From positions 21,638,001 to 21,702,000 of the forward strand of contig CM126220.1 in assembly GCA_052327205.1 (NCBI GenBank): a stretch of 64,000 bases of DNA, written 5' to 3'. Made by a program: the position numbers and the translations under genes. The notes under the pieces were generated by a model. It worked only from the letters and a program-made list of their open reading frames with translations, did no database searches and was not told where the DNA came from. The DNA is from Somniosus microcephalus. Lineage: Eukaryota. This document shows, piece by piece, positions 1-14,099 of the stretch; positions within the stretch are counted from its first letter, which is position 1; each line of letters starts with the position of its first letter.

Positions 1-1080
1 CTTATCTATTTTACCAGTTACATCCTCAAAAAATTCCAGTAGATTAGTCAAGCACGATTTACCTTTTGTAAATCCGTGTTGACTTTGTCCGACCCTGTCG
101 CTGCTTTCCAAGTGCTCTGCTATTACATCTTTTATAATAGACTCTAGCATTTTCCCCACTACCGATGTCAGGCTTACAGGTCTATAATTTCCCGCTTTTT
201 CTCTACCACCTTTTTTGAACAGTAGGGTAACATTAGCTACCCGCCAATCCATGGTTACTGTTCGAGTCTATCGAGTTCTGGAAGATGACCAGCAATGCAC
301 CTACTATCTCCAGGGCCACTTCCTTAAGTACCCTAGGATGTAGATTATCAGGTCCTGGGGATTTATCGGCCTTCAATCCCGTCAACTTCCCCAACAGCAT
401 TTCCCTACAAATACTGATTTCTTTCAGTTCCTCCCTCTCATTAGTCCCTATGTTCCCCGACATCTCTGGGAGGTTATTTGTGTCCTTTTGTGAAGACAGA
501 ACTAAAATATGTATTTAATTGGTCTGCCATTTCTTTGTTCCCCATTATAAATTCCCCTGATTCTGACTAAGGGACCTACGCTTGACTTCACCAATCTTTT
601 TCTCTTCACATATCTATAAAAGCTTTTACAGTCAGTTTTTATGTTCCCTGAAAGCTTACTTTCATAATCTATTTTCCCCCTCTTAATTAATCCCTTTGTC
701 CTCCTTTGCTGAATCCTAAACTGCTCCCAATCCTCAGGTTTGCTGCTTTTTTTGGCCAATTTATATGTCCTCTCTTTGGATCTTATGTTATCCCTAATTT
801 CCCTTGTTAGCCACGGTTGAGTCACCTTTTTTGATTTATGTTTATGCCAAACTGAGATAAACAAATTCTGTAGTTCATCCATGCGATCTTTGAATGTTTG
901 CCATTGCCTATCCACCGTCAACCCTTTGAGTGACATTACCCAATCAATCCTACCCAGCTCGCATCTCATACCATCATAGCTCCCTTTATTTAAATTCAGG
1001 ACATTAGTCTCTGAGTCAACTACTTCAGTCTCCATCTTAATGAAGAATTCTATCATATTATGATCGCTCCGACCCAAGAG
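1..1080 (-). mobile_element. CR1 LINE ORF2 fragment (endonuclease end, tether, RT start)
   Basis: SDHNMIEF, KSFYRYVK, DKSPGPDNLHPRVLKE motifs. Confidence 0.9.
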
Positions 1081-1764
1081 GCCTAGGACTTGTATTTGTA
1101 CGAGTCCACTATTCTCTCGTTAAACTCGCTAAGCCTGTTGGTTTTAAGTTGAATTTGTGGAAATGCCACAGTGGTCAGCAGCTTATTTTAATCTTTTTGA
1201 AGGAAATTGTGTGTCTTTATCTAACCTCAGTAAGAATTAAATCCTTATTTATGCCTCAACATAGTTTACAATTAAAGATGTTAAGTTTGGTTTAAAAACC
1301 CAAAATGATTTTCAAGAAAGATGATCTTGTCCATGACTTGTATGGAGGCAGCTAAGGTGCAAGAAAGTTGGATTTTATACCATTGTGGGAAATCAATAAC
1401 TTTAATTAAAAAAAACCTTCTTGCCCTAATGAGCCATGCATGTGCGCAGGGGATACTTGTACTAATGGGGTAATTACTGATGCAAGCGGTATACTGATGG
1501 GTTTAGTACAGGGGGATGTCCAGCATTTCAATTTGGTTACTGTATATACTTGTGTATGATTAGCAATGTAGGTCATTGGGGATTGAAAGTAACAAGGTAG
1601 GTGACGTTACACAGTTGCGTTGGATGGCATTGTAACTTGCCTTGGGGTGTTCACTTGTCTGCTCCTAATCCAGTCCTGTGGTCATGACCTACTTATTCTG
1701 CACTCTCCAGTACTGCTCTCTTCCCTCCCTCAAGGCTCCTGGTCTCGCTGTCTGCATTTGGAGT

Positions 1765-1910
1765 AGAATCTTGCAGCACAGAAGGCGGCCATTCGGCCTG
1801 TTGTGCCTGTGCAGGCTCTCTGAAGGAACTATCCAACTTTGTGCCACACCCCAGCCTTTTCCCCATAACCCTGCAAAATAGTCCTCTCCAAGTACAGTGC
1901 GTTCGAGTCT
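1765..1910 (-). mobile_element. CR1-type 3' tail fragment
   Basis: cagcacagaaggcggccattcggcc tail motif. Confidence 0.55.
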
Positions 1911-2099
1911 CATTTCCCGGATTGTGGGGAGGCGGTGTGACTGAGTTAGGAATTGTTCATTATCTCTTTGGGCTTTGCTTGGAAAGTAGGGTGTGGTTGT
2001 CAAACTTTGGGATGTTAATTTTTCTCAAAGGGTTGGAAAAAGGTTACTTTTAACTGTTTGGGTTCTGTTGCCTCAACAACAACAACAACAACTTGTATT

Positions 2100-2325
2100 T
2101 ATATGCGGCCCTAAGCTCTTTAATTCTCTGCCTAAACCTCTCCGCCCCCTAACACACTCTCACTCTTTTAAGACGCTCCTTAAAACCTACCTCTTTGACC
2201 AAGCTTTTGGTCATCTGCCCTAATTTCATACGTGGCTCGATGTCAATTTTTTGTCTTCTAACACTCCTGTGAAGCGCCTTGGGACATTTTACTATGTTAA
2301 AGGCCCTATATAAATACTTGTTGTT
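2100..2325 (+). mobile_element. L2-type LINE 3' end
   Basis: ggccctaagct...ttaagacgctccttaaaacctacctctttgaccaagc (FKTLLKTYLF) and tail gtgaagcgccttgggac...ctatataaat. Confidence 0.7.
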
Positions 2326-2669
2326 AAAGCAAAGTTCATTCATACACGTTTTAAAAAAAAAAAAAAAAAAAGGCAATGATGCTCGTTTCTCAAGTCTCTG
2401 TAATCAATTAAACACCTCACAATACCATGGTGTTGGGATGTTTTTGATCCCCTGCGCTCAACAATAGTTGTCTGGCAGGCTTTCCCTTCTGGTTCTGAAC
2501 ACTTGAGTGATTCAAAACAGGTCTTCAAGCAGACATCTGAGGGGCAAAACTTTGACCAGGCTCAGACGTTTTGAGTGTAGGAGGGAAGGAGTCATCAAGT
2601 CAAGTAGGATGACCAACTGATGTGGGGGAGCATAGCGTGTAATTTTTTTTTGTAGATGAGTTATGTTGA

Positions 2670-3665
2670 ATTTGATTGAGAGTTCAGTCATAACTGTTGA
2701 TCTGTACGTTCACTTGCTGAGAAATAGAGATTCTCAAAAATAAAAGTGCACGCAGTTGGAGGTAACCTTTGTACTGTAATATGGGTTGGCAATTTGTTGG
2801 GCGGTCGGAGACAGTAGGGATAAAAAGAATGTACTCTGGTGGGTTGTGACCAGTGGTGTTCCCTATGGATCTGTACTGGGGCTTCAACTTTTCACCATAT
2901 ACTGTATAATGACTTGGATGAAGGAATAGAGAGTTGTGTTTCTAAGTTTGCAGATAACACTGTTAGGCACAGGTCATTGTGTGGGTGGGAGGAGGAAGTT
3001 ACAAAGGGGCATAGACAGAAGTGAGTGGATAAAACTGGCAAATGGAGTTGCATGTGGGGAAGTGAGGTCATCCACTTTGGAACTGAGACAAATCAGAATT
3101 TTTCTTAATGGAAAGGCTGAACTGGAGGAGCAAAGGGATTTGGGTCCCCATGTATACCAATCACTAAAATCTAGTGCACAGTTACACAATGCAATCGAAA
3201 AGGCTAATGCAACGTTAACCTTTATCTCCAGGGGGCTGGAATACGATGGGGGAGGAAATTCTGCTTCAGTTATACAGAGCATTAATGTGACTTGTATTCC
3301 CTTGAGTTTAAAAGGTTGATCTAATTAAGGCCTTTAAAATGATGAAGGGATTCAATAGGATAGATAGATCTGGTGGGAGAATCCAGAACAAGGGGTCACA
3401 GTCTTGATTCAAGCTAGTCCATTCAGGAGTGAAATCAGGGAGCATTTTTCACAGTGGGTAGTGGAAATCTGGAATCCTCCCACAAAAGGCTGTGGATGCT
3501 GGGCCAATTAAAATGTGCAAAACTGAGCGATAGATTTTTGTTAGGTAAGAGTATCTAAGGATATAGAGCAAAGGTGAGTAAATGGGAGTTAAGATACAGA
3601 TCAGCCATGATCTGATTGGAGGGCTGAATGGCCTACTCCTGCTGCTATGTTCCTGGTCCTTATGT
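2670..3665 (+). mobile_element. Degraded CR1 LINE RT and 3' end
   Basis: SKFADN, QRDLG remnants and gaatggcctactcctgct tail. Confidence 0.7.
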
Positions 3666-3939
3666 AAATAAAGTAGCTTAAAGGATTTGTGTTGGGCCTT
3701 GTCTTTCTCGGGTACTTTCTCAGCCTGCCTTTGAAACGATTGCACTTTGTAGGATTCCTACTGTTCCCTTTTTCTAATTGAAGAGCGCTGTGATCAATTC
3801 CAAATAATCCAGATTCTAATTTTAAACTATGGAGATATATTTTCCAGATGTGCTTCACAAACTTTATTTTTTCCATCAACACTATCACCCACCCTCTTTC
3901 ACCACCCCCCCCCCCCCCCCCCCCGCCTCAATGACTGCT

Positions 3940-4800
3940 TGATCTTCACTGGTACTCTACAACCAGAGCTTATGTACCATCTCTCCACTGTCCAGGGCCC
4001 CAAATGCTTCCCTGCGAGACAACAGTTGACATGTGCTCTTTTTCCCTTTCTATAGTGTGTTGCATTTGCTGCTCGTAGCACAGCTTACTGTACATTGGGG
4101 AGACATTAGAAACATAGAAGATAGGAAAAGGAGTAGGCCATTCGGCCCCTCGAGCCTGCTCTGCCATTCAATGCGATCATGGCTGATCATCCAAATTCAG
4201 TACCCTGTCCCTGCCTTCTCCCCATATCCCTTGATCCCTTTAGCCTTAAGAAATATATCCAACTCCTTCTTGAATATATTTAATGAATTGGCCTCTACTG
4301 CCTTCTGTGGTAGAGAATTCCACAGGTTCACCACTCTCTGGGTGAAGAAATTCCTCCTCCATTCTGTCCTAAATGGCCTACCCCTTATCCTTAGACTGTG
4401 ACCCTTGGTTCTGGACTCCCCGACCATCGGGAACATCCTTCCTGCATCTAGTCTGTCCAGTCCTGTCAGAATTTTATAAGTTTCAATGAGATCCCCTCTC
4501 ATTCTTCTAAACTCCAGCGAGTATAAGCCCAACCGACCCAATCTCTCCTCATACGTCATTCCTGCCATCCCAGGTATCAGCCTGGTGAATCTTCGCTGAA
4601 CTCCTTCCATGAGACCAAACACAGACAGGACAGTCGCTTGCTGGGTACCTCCATTCTGTCTGCAGATTTGATTGAAGGGTTCACATGTGAAACCTTAACT
4701 TGTCTAACCTACTGTGTCCAGAATTTTTTTTATTTCCAGCATCTGCAGTTTGTTCTTTTGCCAGTTCTGATGAAGTTCTACACCTGAAATGTTAACCCAT
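3940..4800 (+). mobile_element. Degraded Penelope-like GIY-YIG fragment of another family with degenerate hammerhead units, split by a CR1 insertion
   Basis: Remnant VCCICCS...LLYIGET before 4104 resumes at 4611 (ETK...); GAGAC duplicated at 4100-4104 and 4611-4615; hammerhead-like AGTTCTGATGAAG...CCTGAAATGTTAAC at ~4763-4797. Confidence 0.6.
4105..4610 (-). mobile_element. CR1 LINE 3' end
   Basis: EGVQRRFTRLIPGM...RGDLIETYKI...FFTQRVVNLWNSLP. Confidence 0.9.
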
Positions 4801-5434
4801 CTATAACAAAATTTCATCTTGTCACTGTATGTAGGTAGGTAGATAGAGGTGGAATTTGCTTGGCATAGAAATAATATGTATTTTGTAGTGCCAGGTGTAA
4901 AGCTATGGTTAGTCTCCAGCATGCCTGATTGCCAGAAGCTGCCCTTTGTCTTTGAGTTCCAAACCGTATTGTGTTAAAGAGAGAACCTGTATTTGTACAT
5001 TAACAGGCGTGAACGTCACCCACCTATAGATCATTCAATCTGGAAATGGGATTATCTGAGGGAATATTAATCCTTTTGGAGGAATAGTAAGCCACTGATG
5101 TGCCGTCTAGACAGTTCCGAGGCTAACTGCTGAATTAAGTCTGATGCCCAAGTGAAAGAGACAACCAGAGAAAGCATGAGAACCAGGCTGGTTCTGGGTG
5201 AAACCACTGCAAGCCAGTCCTGGAGCATATTGCAGACTGTTGGTAAAGAGACTGAGTAAGCAGAGTAAAGAAAATAAATATCAGACCATTTACTGTGGCT
5301 GTAAGTTTTTTTTGCAGTTCAGTCTCTGTACCTATGGCCACGGGTTTAAATAATCCATTGGTCTTCGAACTGTTTGGGATGTACATCAGTGGCTTAATAT
5401 TTCCTCAGATGGTCCCATTTGCAGGTTGAATGGT

Positions 5435-5782
5435 CCTTTCACGACCTTGGGACGTCCGAAAGTGCTTCTCAGCCGACTTTTGAAGTGTAGTCACTGTTGT
5501 AATGTAGGATAATGACCAGACAATCTGTTTAAGTGAGGTTGGTTGAGGGATAAATATTGGCCAGTTCTTCTGCTATGGGATCTTTTATGACCACCTGAGG
5601 TGACAGACAGGGCCTTGGTTTGACATCTCATCCGAAAGACGGCGCGTTCAACAGTGCAGCACTCCCTCAGTACTGCACTGGAGTATTGGCCTAGATTTTT
5701 ATGCTGAAGTCTCTGGAGTGGGACTTAAATGACCTTCTGACTGAGACGAGAGTGCTACCAACTGAGCCATGGCTGACACTAT
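5435..5782 (-). mobile_element. tRNA-derived Deu-domain SINE (SacSINE1/AmnSINE1-like)
   Basis: aaagacggc...acagtgcagcactccctcagtactgcactggag core and gtgctaccaactgagcca head. Confidence 0.7.
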
Positions 5783-7789
5783 TACAGGTGGGTGCTGTTC
5801 ACACCCATCTTCTAACCACGGTCTTCCTATCTAAACACATTAATACTGTTTGGAACCCAAAGATAAAAGACCTCTTGTGCCCTACTTGTGGAATTTTTGG
5901 ATTTAAATCTAGATAGTTACTTTAGAGCCAGAGACGAGCGAGACTGTGGTGTTTTGATTAAATACAGTCTTCCGGAGTGGCTTGGAGAAAAAATGTGAAG
6001 TGCAGTGAACACTCGTGTTTGAGGATTATTTGAGTCCTAAAGGATGAACAGTCTCTGCAGGGGTAGAAAACAGTAGGTTTGCAGCCTCTGCCTCGTAAGT
6101 GACACTATATAGCTTGTAGGAAGTGCGCTGACCATAGCAAGAGGGTATGGCTCATCAAGTGCCCTACGTCGCTCTGTTTGTAGCGAGTTGAGATACCTGT
6201 ACTGTCACCATCTCTTCCAGCCCTGACAGACTGACGTTTATTTCCACGATATTACGACTTTAATTCTTCAAAATGTAGATTTTATATCTGTGTGTTTGTG
6301 TATGTCACTAATTTCTGAAGTAATTACTTACAAGTGTCACTGGGCAATAATTTTTCACAAAAACTTTTACTTTTTTTCAGCTCACTAATTGCAGATAGTT
6401 TCCAGATCTCTCTCTCTCTTTCTGATTCATTGCTGCTGCAATCATCCGACATTAAACCCTCACCCCATACTCCGAATCATTCTGTCAGACTGAACTGAGC
6501 AGCTTCTGTCATGTCAAATCTCAGATACGTTCAGAAGTTTGTCCCAAATACGGAAACCATACAAAAAGCCTCCATATGCAGCTATTTAATCTTCATTCCA
6601 AATTGCCATTCCTCTACCAAAGAGCTGGCACAGGCACAATGGGCTGAATGGCCTCCTTCTGTGCTGTATTACTCTGCTTCACCGTGACCTAGCAGACACA
6701 ATGAAATGGGTCTTGTGATATTTTTGAGTGATGGAAAGCGAACAGCAAACATCAGGCTATCTCTGCCTACTCTGATCAGTGTTAAATTTGCAATGTTCAG
6801 AAACCAAATTAATGTTCATGCATATCTGAAGCTTACCTTCACCGTTGCAATGAAATCTATAAACCCTTGGTCAGCAGTGTCACCGGTGACAGCCGGATCT
6901 CAGCTGCAGTATTGATAACCACCTAAAGATGTTAATCTTCTCGGCCACTGCAACATAGTTCAGTAGAAGCTGCCGAATGTTTGAGCATGGTCACTTGAGT
7001 GCTCAGATCACCTGTACAGGTCATTGTGATTTTCCAGTTACTGCCCTATACAGATCTTACTCCATTGTTGTAAAATAAAGGAAGCATTAAACACATATTA
7101 ACCACTCACTGACTGACTACTAGGGTTTTCAAATTAAGGTGAATTGTTAGGGCTATGTTTCTCATTGATGAGGGAAGTAATTATCCCCCTTGGCTTGCAA
7201 AAATAAATCTGCAAACATTACATTTTAGTATTTTGGTTCATAATTTGCCAGACAATACCCGAACCATTCATTATGGCTGACTTTCCCTTTACTGTATTTT
7301 ACAAGATATCACTTGTTTCAGGAGCTCGATAAAGCAAGTAATTTTTCTACCACTTTTTTCTTCGCGAAATGCTGGGTTTCATTGTATAGTCTGCAAAAGC
7401 AAAAATTGCTTCAACCAGACATTCTTCCCAGAGGAAGTCATTTACTGAACAAAATAACTTGAATCCTGCTCCGCAAGCGCGCACTGCTGGGTTGAACAAT
7501 TCAATAGTTGGGGCCCTTCCTGCATTTTAATCCCAGGCAGGATGCATTTCCTTTGGAGTGAGAGGCCGCTGTGCTTTACCTCAACACTACAGCTGTTGGT
7601 CTTAAAATAGTTCTGGGGTGGGGGGGGTGGGTGGAAGGAGAAAAGATAAATTATTTAACCAGAAGTTAGTTTTGATGCAGGTGAATCACTGGAGACGAGG
7701 GCAATTGTCAAATCCATTCTTAATTGCATGGCATTTTACTGGTCTTTTGGATACTGTGTTCTGCGATTTGTATTTGGGCCAATTGCTGC

Positions 7790-9020
7790 TTAACGATTGA
7801 ACAAGCTAAATTACTTTTTCTTATTGATGAGGTAACAGAGGGTTGATGAGGGCAATGCAGTTGACATGGTGTATATGGACTTCCAAAAGGTGTTTGATAA
7901 AGTGCCACATAATAGGCTTACCAGTAAAGTTGAACCCCATGGAATAAAAGGGACAGTGGCAGCATGGATACGGAATTGGCTGAGTGACAGGAAACAGAGA
8001 GTAGTGGTGAACGGTTGTTTTTTAGAATGGAGGAAGGTATACAGTGGGTTCCCCAGGGGCCAGTACTAGGACCACTGCTTTTCTTGATATATATTAATGA
8101 CTTGGATGTGGGTGTACAGGATACAATAAAAAAAATTGCAGATGACAAGAAACTTTGAAGGTATAGTGAACAGTGAGGAGGATAGTGATAGACTTCAATA
8201 AGACATAGGCAGGCTGGTGAAATGGGCGGACACGTGGCAGATGAAATTTAGCGCAGAAAAGTGCGAAGTGATACATTTTGATAAGAAGAACGAGGAAAGA
8301 CCATATAAACTAAAGGATGCATGAACAGAGACCTGGGGGTATATGTGCACAAATCGTTGAAGGTGGAAGGGCAGGTTGAAAAAGCATATGAGATCCTGGG
8401 CTTCATAAATAGAGGCATAGAGTACAAAAGCAAGGAAGTTATGATGAACCTTTTATAAAACACTGGTTTGGCCTTAACTGGAGTACTGTGTCCAATTCTG
8501 GGCACTGCACTTTAGGAAGGATGTGAAGGCCTTGGAGAAGGAACAGAAAAGATTTAAGAGAATGATTCCAGGGATGAGGGACTTCAGTTACGTGGATAGA
8601 CTGGAGAAGCTGGGGTTGTTCTCCTTAGAGCAGAGATGGTTGAGAGGAGATTTGATAGAGGTGTTCAAAATCATGGGTCTAGACAGAGTAGATAGAGAGA
8701 AACTGTTCCCATTGGCAGAAGGGTCGAGAACCAGAGGACACTGATCTAAGGTGATTGGCAGAAGAACCAAAGGCGACATGAGGAAAAACTTCTTTACGCA
8801 TCGAGTGGTTAGAATCTGGAATGCACTGCCTGAAAGGGTGATGGAGGCAGACTCAATCATGGCTTTCAACGGGGAATTGGATAAGACCTGAGGGGAAAAA
8901 ATTTGCAGGGCTACGGGGAAAGGGCGGGGGAGTGGGACTAGCTGAAGTGCTCTTTCAGAGAGCCAGCACAGGCTCGACAGGCCGAATGGCCTCCTTCTGT
9001 GCTGTAACCATTCTATGATT
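7790..9020 (+). mobile_element. CR1 LINE RT and 3' end
   Basis: YMDFQKVFDKVPH, RGDLIEVFKI, tail gccgaatggcctccttctgtgctgtaa. Confidence 0.9.
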
Positions 9021-9034
9021 TTATTACAAAATTT

Positions 9035-9265
9035 TCCTGGATATTTAGCAGTATTTCCTGCTGTCCTGTTAACATCTATCCCTCAACCAACACCACTACC
9101 ACAGTTTAATTGGTCGTTTATCTCATTGCTATTTTCGGGAACTTGCCTTGTGTAAATTGGGTGCTGTGTTTCCCTATATTGCAGCAGTGACCACACTTCA
9201 AAAGTAATTCATTGCCTGTAAAGCACTTTGGAACGTCCTGAGGTTGTAAATGGCGCTATATAAAT
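9035..9265 (+). mobile_element. Deu-SINE 3' part
   Basis: Similar to 14330-14515 (cctcaacca...acttcaaaagta...gtaaagcactttgg). Confidence 0.5.
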
Positions 9266-9329
9266 AAACCCCACTACCCTCGCTTCCAACAAGTGTAAAG
9301 AGTTCATGGACTTCCCTGTCCTAGCAACA

Positions 9330-9810
9330 GGAACAGGCCATTCAGCCCCTCAAACCTGTTTTGCCATTCAATTAGATCATGGCTGATCTGTACCTCCAAT
9401 ACCATTTATTTGGCTTTGATCCTTATCCCTTGATACACTTGCCTAACAAAAATCTTATCTATTTCGGTCTTGAAAGTTTCAATTGACTCAGCATCCACAA
9501 ACTTTTGGGGAGAAAGTGTTCCAGATTTCTACTGTCCTTCTCCTTGGACTGGTTGGGCCGAATGGCCTGATTCTGTTCCGTATATCCTATGTAATGTGAA
9601 GAAGTGCTTCCTGATTTCACTCCTGAATAGGCTGCCTCAAATTTTACTGTTGTGCCCCCTTGTTCTAAATTCCCCTACAAAAGGAAAGAGTTTCTCTGAA
9701 TCTACTCTATCGAATCCCTTAATCATTTTACACACCTCGACTAGATCACTCTTTAATCTTCTAAACTTAAGAATACAAGCCAAGTTTATGCAACCTTTCT
9801 TCATAATTTA
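9330..9810 (-). mobile_element. Degraded CR1 3' end
   Basis: aggccattcagcccctc...gatcatggctgatct tail and RT C-terminal remnants. Confidence 0.65.
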
Positions 9811-11520
9811 ACCTCCTCACAGGCTCTCTTGTGGCCTAGCCTGGAAAACATGTCACTTCCATTTCCCTCGTGCTCTCTCTGCGCTCACCTTGTCCTTGAT
9901 GCACACCTTTTGCTCCCTTGACCCCATTCTCACTAAACTGCTGACCATCTAACTTCCCTACCATGTTAGCTGACATTGTAAATGGTTCCCTCCTCGGGTA
10001 CTCACAGAATCACAGAAACCCCACAGTACAGATAGAGGCCATTTCGGCCCATCGAGCCTGCACCGACACATATCCCACCCAATCCCCGTAACCCCACGTA
10101 TTTAATCCCCCTAACACTAAGGGTCAATTTATCATAGCCAATCAACCTAGCCCGCACATCTTTGGACTGTGGGAGGAAACCGGAGCACCCGGAGGAAACC
10201 CACGCAAACACGGGGAGAATGTGCAAACTCCACACAGACAGTCACCCGAGGCCGGATTCGAACCCGGGTCTCTGGCGCTGTGAGGCAACAGTGCTAACCA
10301 CTATGCCACCGTGCTGCCCTGTCCCCTTCCTTTCAAAACTCCCATCATCACCCCTCCTCTTGGGAAAAAAAATCATCTTTGACCCCTCTGCTGTTGTAAA
10401 CTGCCGCTCCCTATCCCATCACCCTTTTCTCTCAAGTCCTTGACCGAGTTGTCGCCTCCCGAATTCAGGCTCATCTTCCCCGCAACTCTGTTTACATCTC
10501 TCCAATCAGATTTCCACCCCTGCCACAGGACTGATACTGTCCGAACCAAAGTCACACATGACCGTTCTCGATGCCCATGATGCATTATCCCTCCTCATGA
10601 CCTCTGCAGCCTTTGATGTGATCACCCACACCTCCAACACACCTCTTGCGTTGTCAAGCTCAGGTGGGACGGCCCTTGCATGGTTGCACTCTTCTGAGCA
10701 TAGCCAGAGCACCATTGCCTCCTCTCTCTGCCACTGCACTGAACACCAGAGTCCCACAAGTATTTATCCCTGGCTCCTTCCTCTTCCTCATCTACATGCC
10801 GCCTCTTGGCGAAATCATCGGCAGGCATGGAGTTACCATACACATATGCCAATAACACGCAGCGCCACCACCTCTGTTGTCAACATCCGTTATTGGATGA
10901 GTCGCAATTTCTTCCAACTTAACATTGGGGAAAACGTAGCCATCATCTTCGGCCCCAGCCACAAACTTCCATCTCCCTTCCCGGCCATCATCTTGAGCTG
11001 AAGTAGACAGTTGGCAATTTTGGTGCCCTATTCGACCCCATATTCTCTCCATTACAAAGACCTTTTGCTTCCACCACCATAACATTGCCTGCCTCCACCC
11101 CTACCCCAGCCCATCTGCAGAAACCTAGGTCTTTGACACCTCTAGACTCCATTGTTCCAATGCTGTCATCCTCCTCTTTAAATCCCTGGATACCCTCACC
11201 CATCTCTTGCTCTAATATCCTCCAGCTCTACAACACCCTCTCCAGATGCCCTGTTCATTCAACGTTGGCCTGGTGTGTATCTCCCCCTTCCTTCATTCTA
11301 CCATTGACTGGTTTGCCTTCAACCACCTAGGTCCATGCTGTGTAATTCTCTCCCTCTACCTCTCCACCTCCCTCTCTTCCTTTAAGATCCTTCTTAAATC
11401 ACACATCTGACTAGGCTTTTGGTCCCCCCCCCTTCTAATATCTCTTCCTTTGGCTCGTAATCTATGTTTCTTCTACTTCTATGCAGCACCTTGAGATTTT
11501 TCTACGCTATATAAATGCCA
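9810..11520 (+). mobile_element. Degraded L2-type LINE (RT and 3' end), interrupted by a SINE
   Basis: SAAFD, WMSRNFFQLNI remnants; tail gctatataaatgc. Confidence 0.65.
10002..10319 (-). mobile_element. Full-length tRNA-derived V-SINE (HE1-like) with CR1-derived tail
   Basis: Minus strand A box ggtggcatagtggttagc, B box ggttcgaatcc, V-core gtgtggagtttgcacattctccccgtg...gggtgctccggtttcctccc, CR1-like tail. Confidence 0.85.
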
Positions 11521-12359
11521 CTTCCTTCCTTCCTTCCTTCCACTGGTTCTGTTTCTCTGTTCCTTTCCCTGACTCATCTGTGCATATTTCTGCAGCCAGG
11601 AGGAACTGGACCAAGTATACCCTGGAGTTGCTTTGCAGGAGCTGTTGTGGTCTAATGACGAAGAATGTGATTGTCCTATGGTCCTTCCTAGATTGATGGG
11701 TGTGGTCACAATTTGCATCAAGTTGGTGACATAGTTGAACTTTGCATTGAATTCTTGTAACCTGTTTGTACAGTATCGATTGATGATATCTTGACTGATC
11801 TACGAACAGTATTGGGTGTGTCTAATTGTGAAATGTCATCCAGAGCGCTCTTGGGTTCATTAATCCACTTGTTCAATGACTAACTCCAGTTTCCATTAAA
11901 CTGTTGCTTTTTAGCCTTTTGTGGGTGGATTAGGTTTCTTTAAGATAGTTTAGCTTCAGGCTGCAGGCCTAAATCAGTAGGTTATCGAGTGCTGCTGGCT
12001 AACAAAATGAGTTTAAAATCTGATTTCTAATCCACTCAAAGGGAAAGCATCTGTTTGTTTAAGGCAAGGAATGTGGGAGGGCAGTTTTTAATAACTGTTC
12101 AATGCTGGCAATAAATTAGTCCTCCTGCATCTGAAAATAAAAGCTGGGTTAAGGTTAATTTTTGGGGGGTTGAGATGCTAACAGACCTGCTCTGCGATTC
12201 CAGCATTTCCTGTATTTAAAAAGTGGAAAAAAGAAATGAGCCCCTCCAATAAACCCTCAAACAGTGAAAGATGTAGCAGGAGCAAATTTAATATGACTAA
12301 AATATATATGCAATGGTACGTACAAGATCTTCAAGCCACAGAGTGTTTACCTACTTGTG

Positions 12360-12770
12360 GCCAAGGTTAATTATGAGGAGCGACTTGAGATACTGAGACT
12401 ATTTCTGCTGGAGCAGAGAAGGTTAAGAGCAGATTTTAGAGGTCTTTCAAATTCAAAGGATTTTAATGGTGATTAAAGAAAGACACTTTACACGGGGCCA
12501 TTAATTTCAAATTATTACGAAGGGCATAGGTTAGGAGAAATGTATTTACGTGGCGGATTATTAGATCATGGGATGCTTTGCCGCAGGGACTGGTTGAAAC
12601 ATACACCATTGCACCTTGTAAGTGAAAATTGGATAATTTTTTGAAGCAGAGGCGGATAAGCGATGAGCAAAGAATGATGTAGTGGGAATAGTTTGGATCA
12701 CTCTACTGAAGAGCTGGCACAGACATGATGAGCTGAAATGCCTCTGGGCTGTAAACGTGTATGGTTCTAC
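12360..12770 (+). mobile_element. Highly degraded CR1 3' end
   Basis: ttatgaggagcgactt...ctggagcagagaaggttaagag remnants. Confidence 0.5.
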
Positions 12771-12939
12771 ATAAGGCAAATGTGCAAAACCAGGAATGAG
12801 GAATGGAAAAGAGCAGGAACCAGCCACGTTAATAATGCAAACCTACAAGAAGTGTAGCACAGAAACTTAACAACCTCCCTATCAGACCCAACCCAGTACA
12901 AAGGTGGCCCCAACAGTCGAGTGCAAATCTACTGCTCTG

Positions 12940-13350
12940 GCAACACCTCGATTTTAAAATTCTCATCCTTGTTTTCAAATCCCTCTGTGGCCTTGCCTCT
13001 CCCTATCTCAGTAACCTCCTCCCAACCTACAACCCTCCGAGATCTTTGCGCTCCTCCAATTCTGGCCTCTTGCACATCCCCGATTTTCATCGCTCCACCA
13101 TTGGCGGCCGTTCCTTCGGCTGCCTAGGCCCTAAGCTTTGGAATTCCCTCCTTAAATCTTTCCGCCTCGTAATCTCACTCCCCTCCTGTAAGATTCTCTT
13201 TAAAACCTACCTCTTTGGCCAAGATTTTGGTCACCTGTTCTTATATCTCCTTATTTGGCTCGTCGAATTTTGTTAATCGCGCCTGTGAAGCGCCATGGGG
13301 GGGGTGGGGGTTTACTACGATAAAGGCGCTATATAATTGCAGTTTGTTGT
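12940..13350 (+). mobile_element. L2-type LINE 3' end
   Basis: RSSNSGLL...IGGRSF.CLGPKLWNSL...FKTYLF. Confidence 0.75.
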
Positions 13351-14099
13351 AGTATGCAGTCTTGCCAGCGCCCCATTACAATAATGCGGAGATGTTTAAC
13401 CACACCCACATGTCCAGAAAACCTGATTTCTCAGATTGCGCTATTTGCCAGAGTCTTTGAACCATATTGAGTGTGAAGCGCAGCATAATCTGCTGCAAGT
13501 GAGCCAGAAGATGCTGGTGTACCACAGAAAGTTCAGTGAGATGAGTTAATATAGACACTCAACGGGATCTCGACCAGGAACCTGAAAATGCACCACGTAA
13601 TGGGTTGAGTTCCAATGGGCAAAAAACCATCGAGTTTGACCCATGACTACTCCAAAGAATTTGTGGTTTAAAAAGCAGTTTTTTTTTTACGTTTGTGCTG
13701 GAGGAAACCGAGAAATGTATCGCTAAGATTAGTGAAAGATATTTGCACGTGTCTTTGACCTTTTGTTACTGCGGCACTTACTGTCATCCTGTCCTGAAGC
13801 AGTGCCTTGTGTTGGGGCGAGGTTTCACAGGTACTTGGCAGCCTTCCCATTGTTGGGCAATAGCATTGTGGGAAGCATCATCGTTGTGCTTGATCATGTC
13901 TGTGTGAACACGTTCCAGCTAGGTCACTGGGTAGCGATCAGGAAGTGGTGACTCAGGCTGGTAACTTCTATCCTGGCCTAAAGCAGTAGGAGGAAAAGCT
14001 CTTAATGTTCACGCCAATACCCTAGCTGGGAGCTGCTAACCTGATGCACAACAGGGATCAAATCTGAGACTTTCTCTTACTGTGTGACTTAGTAAGTCA

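Noticed and set aside
2074-2091. Polyglutamine-coding CAA repeat
   Set aside because: Short microsatellite typical of an L2/SINE tail, not an exon.
10245-10319. tRNA gene
   Set aside because: The A and B boxes belong to the head of a tRNA-derived SINE joined to a V-core and LINE tail.
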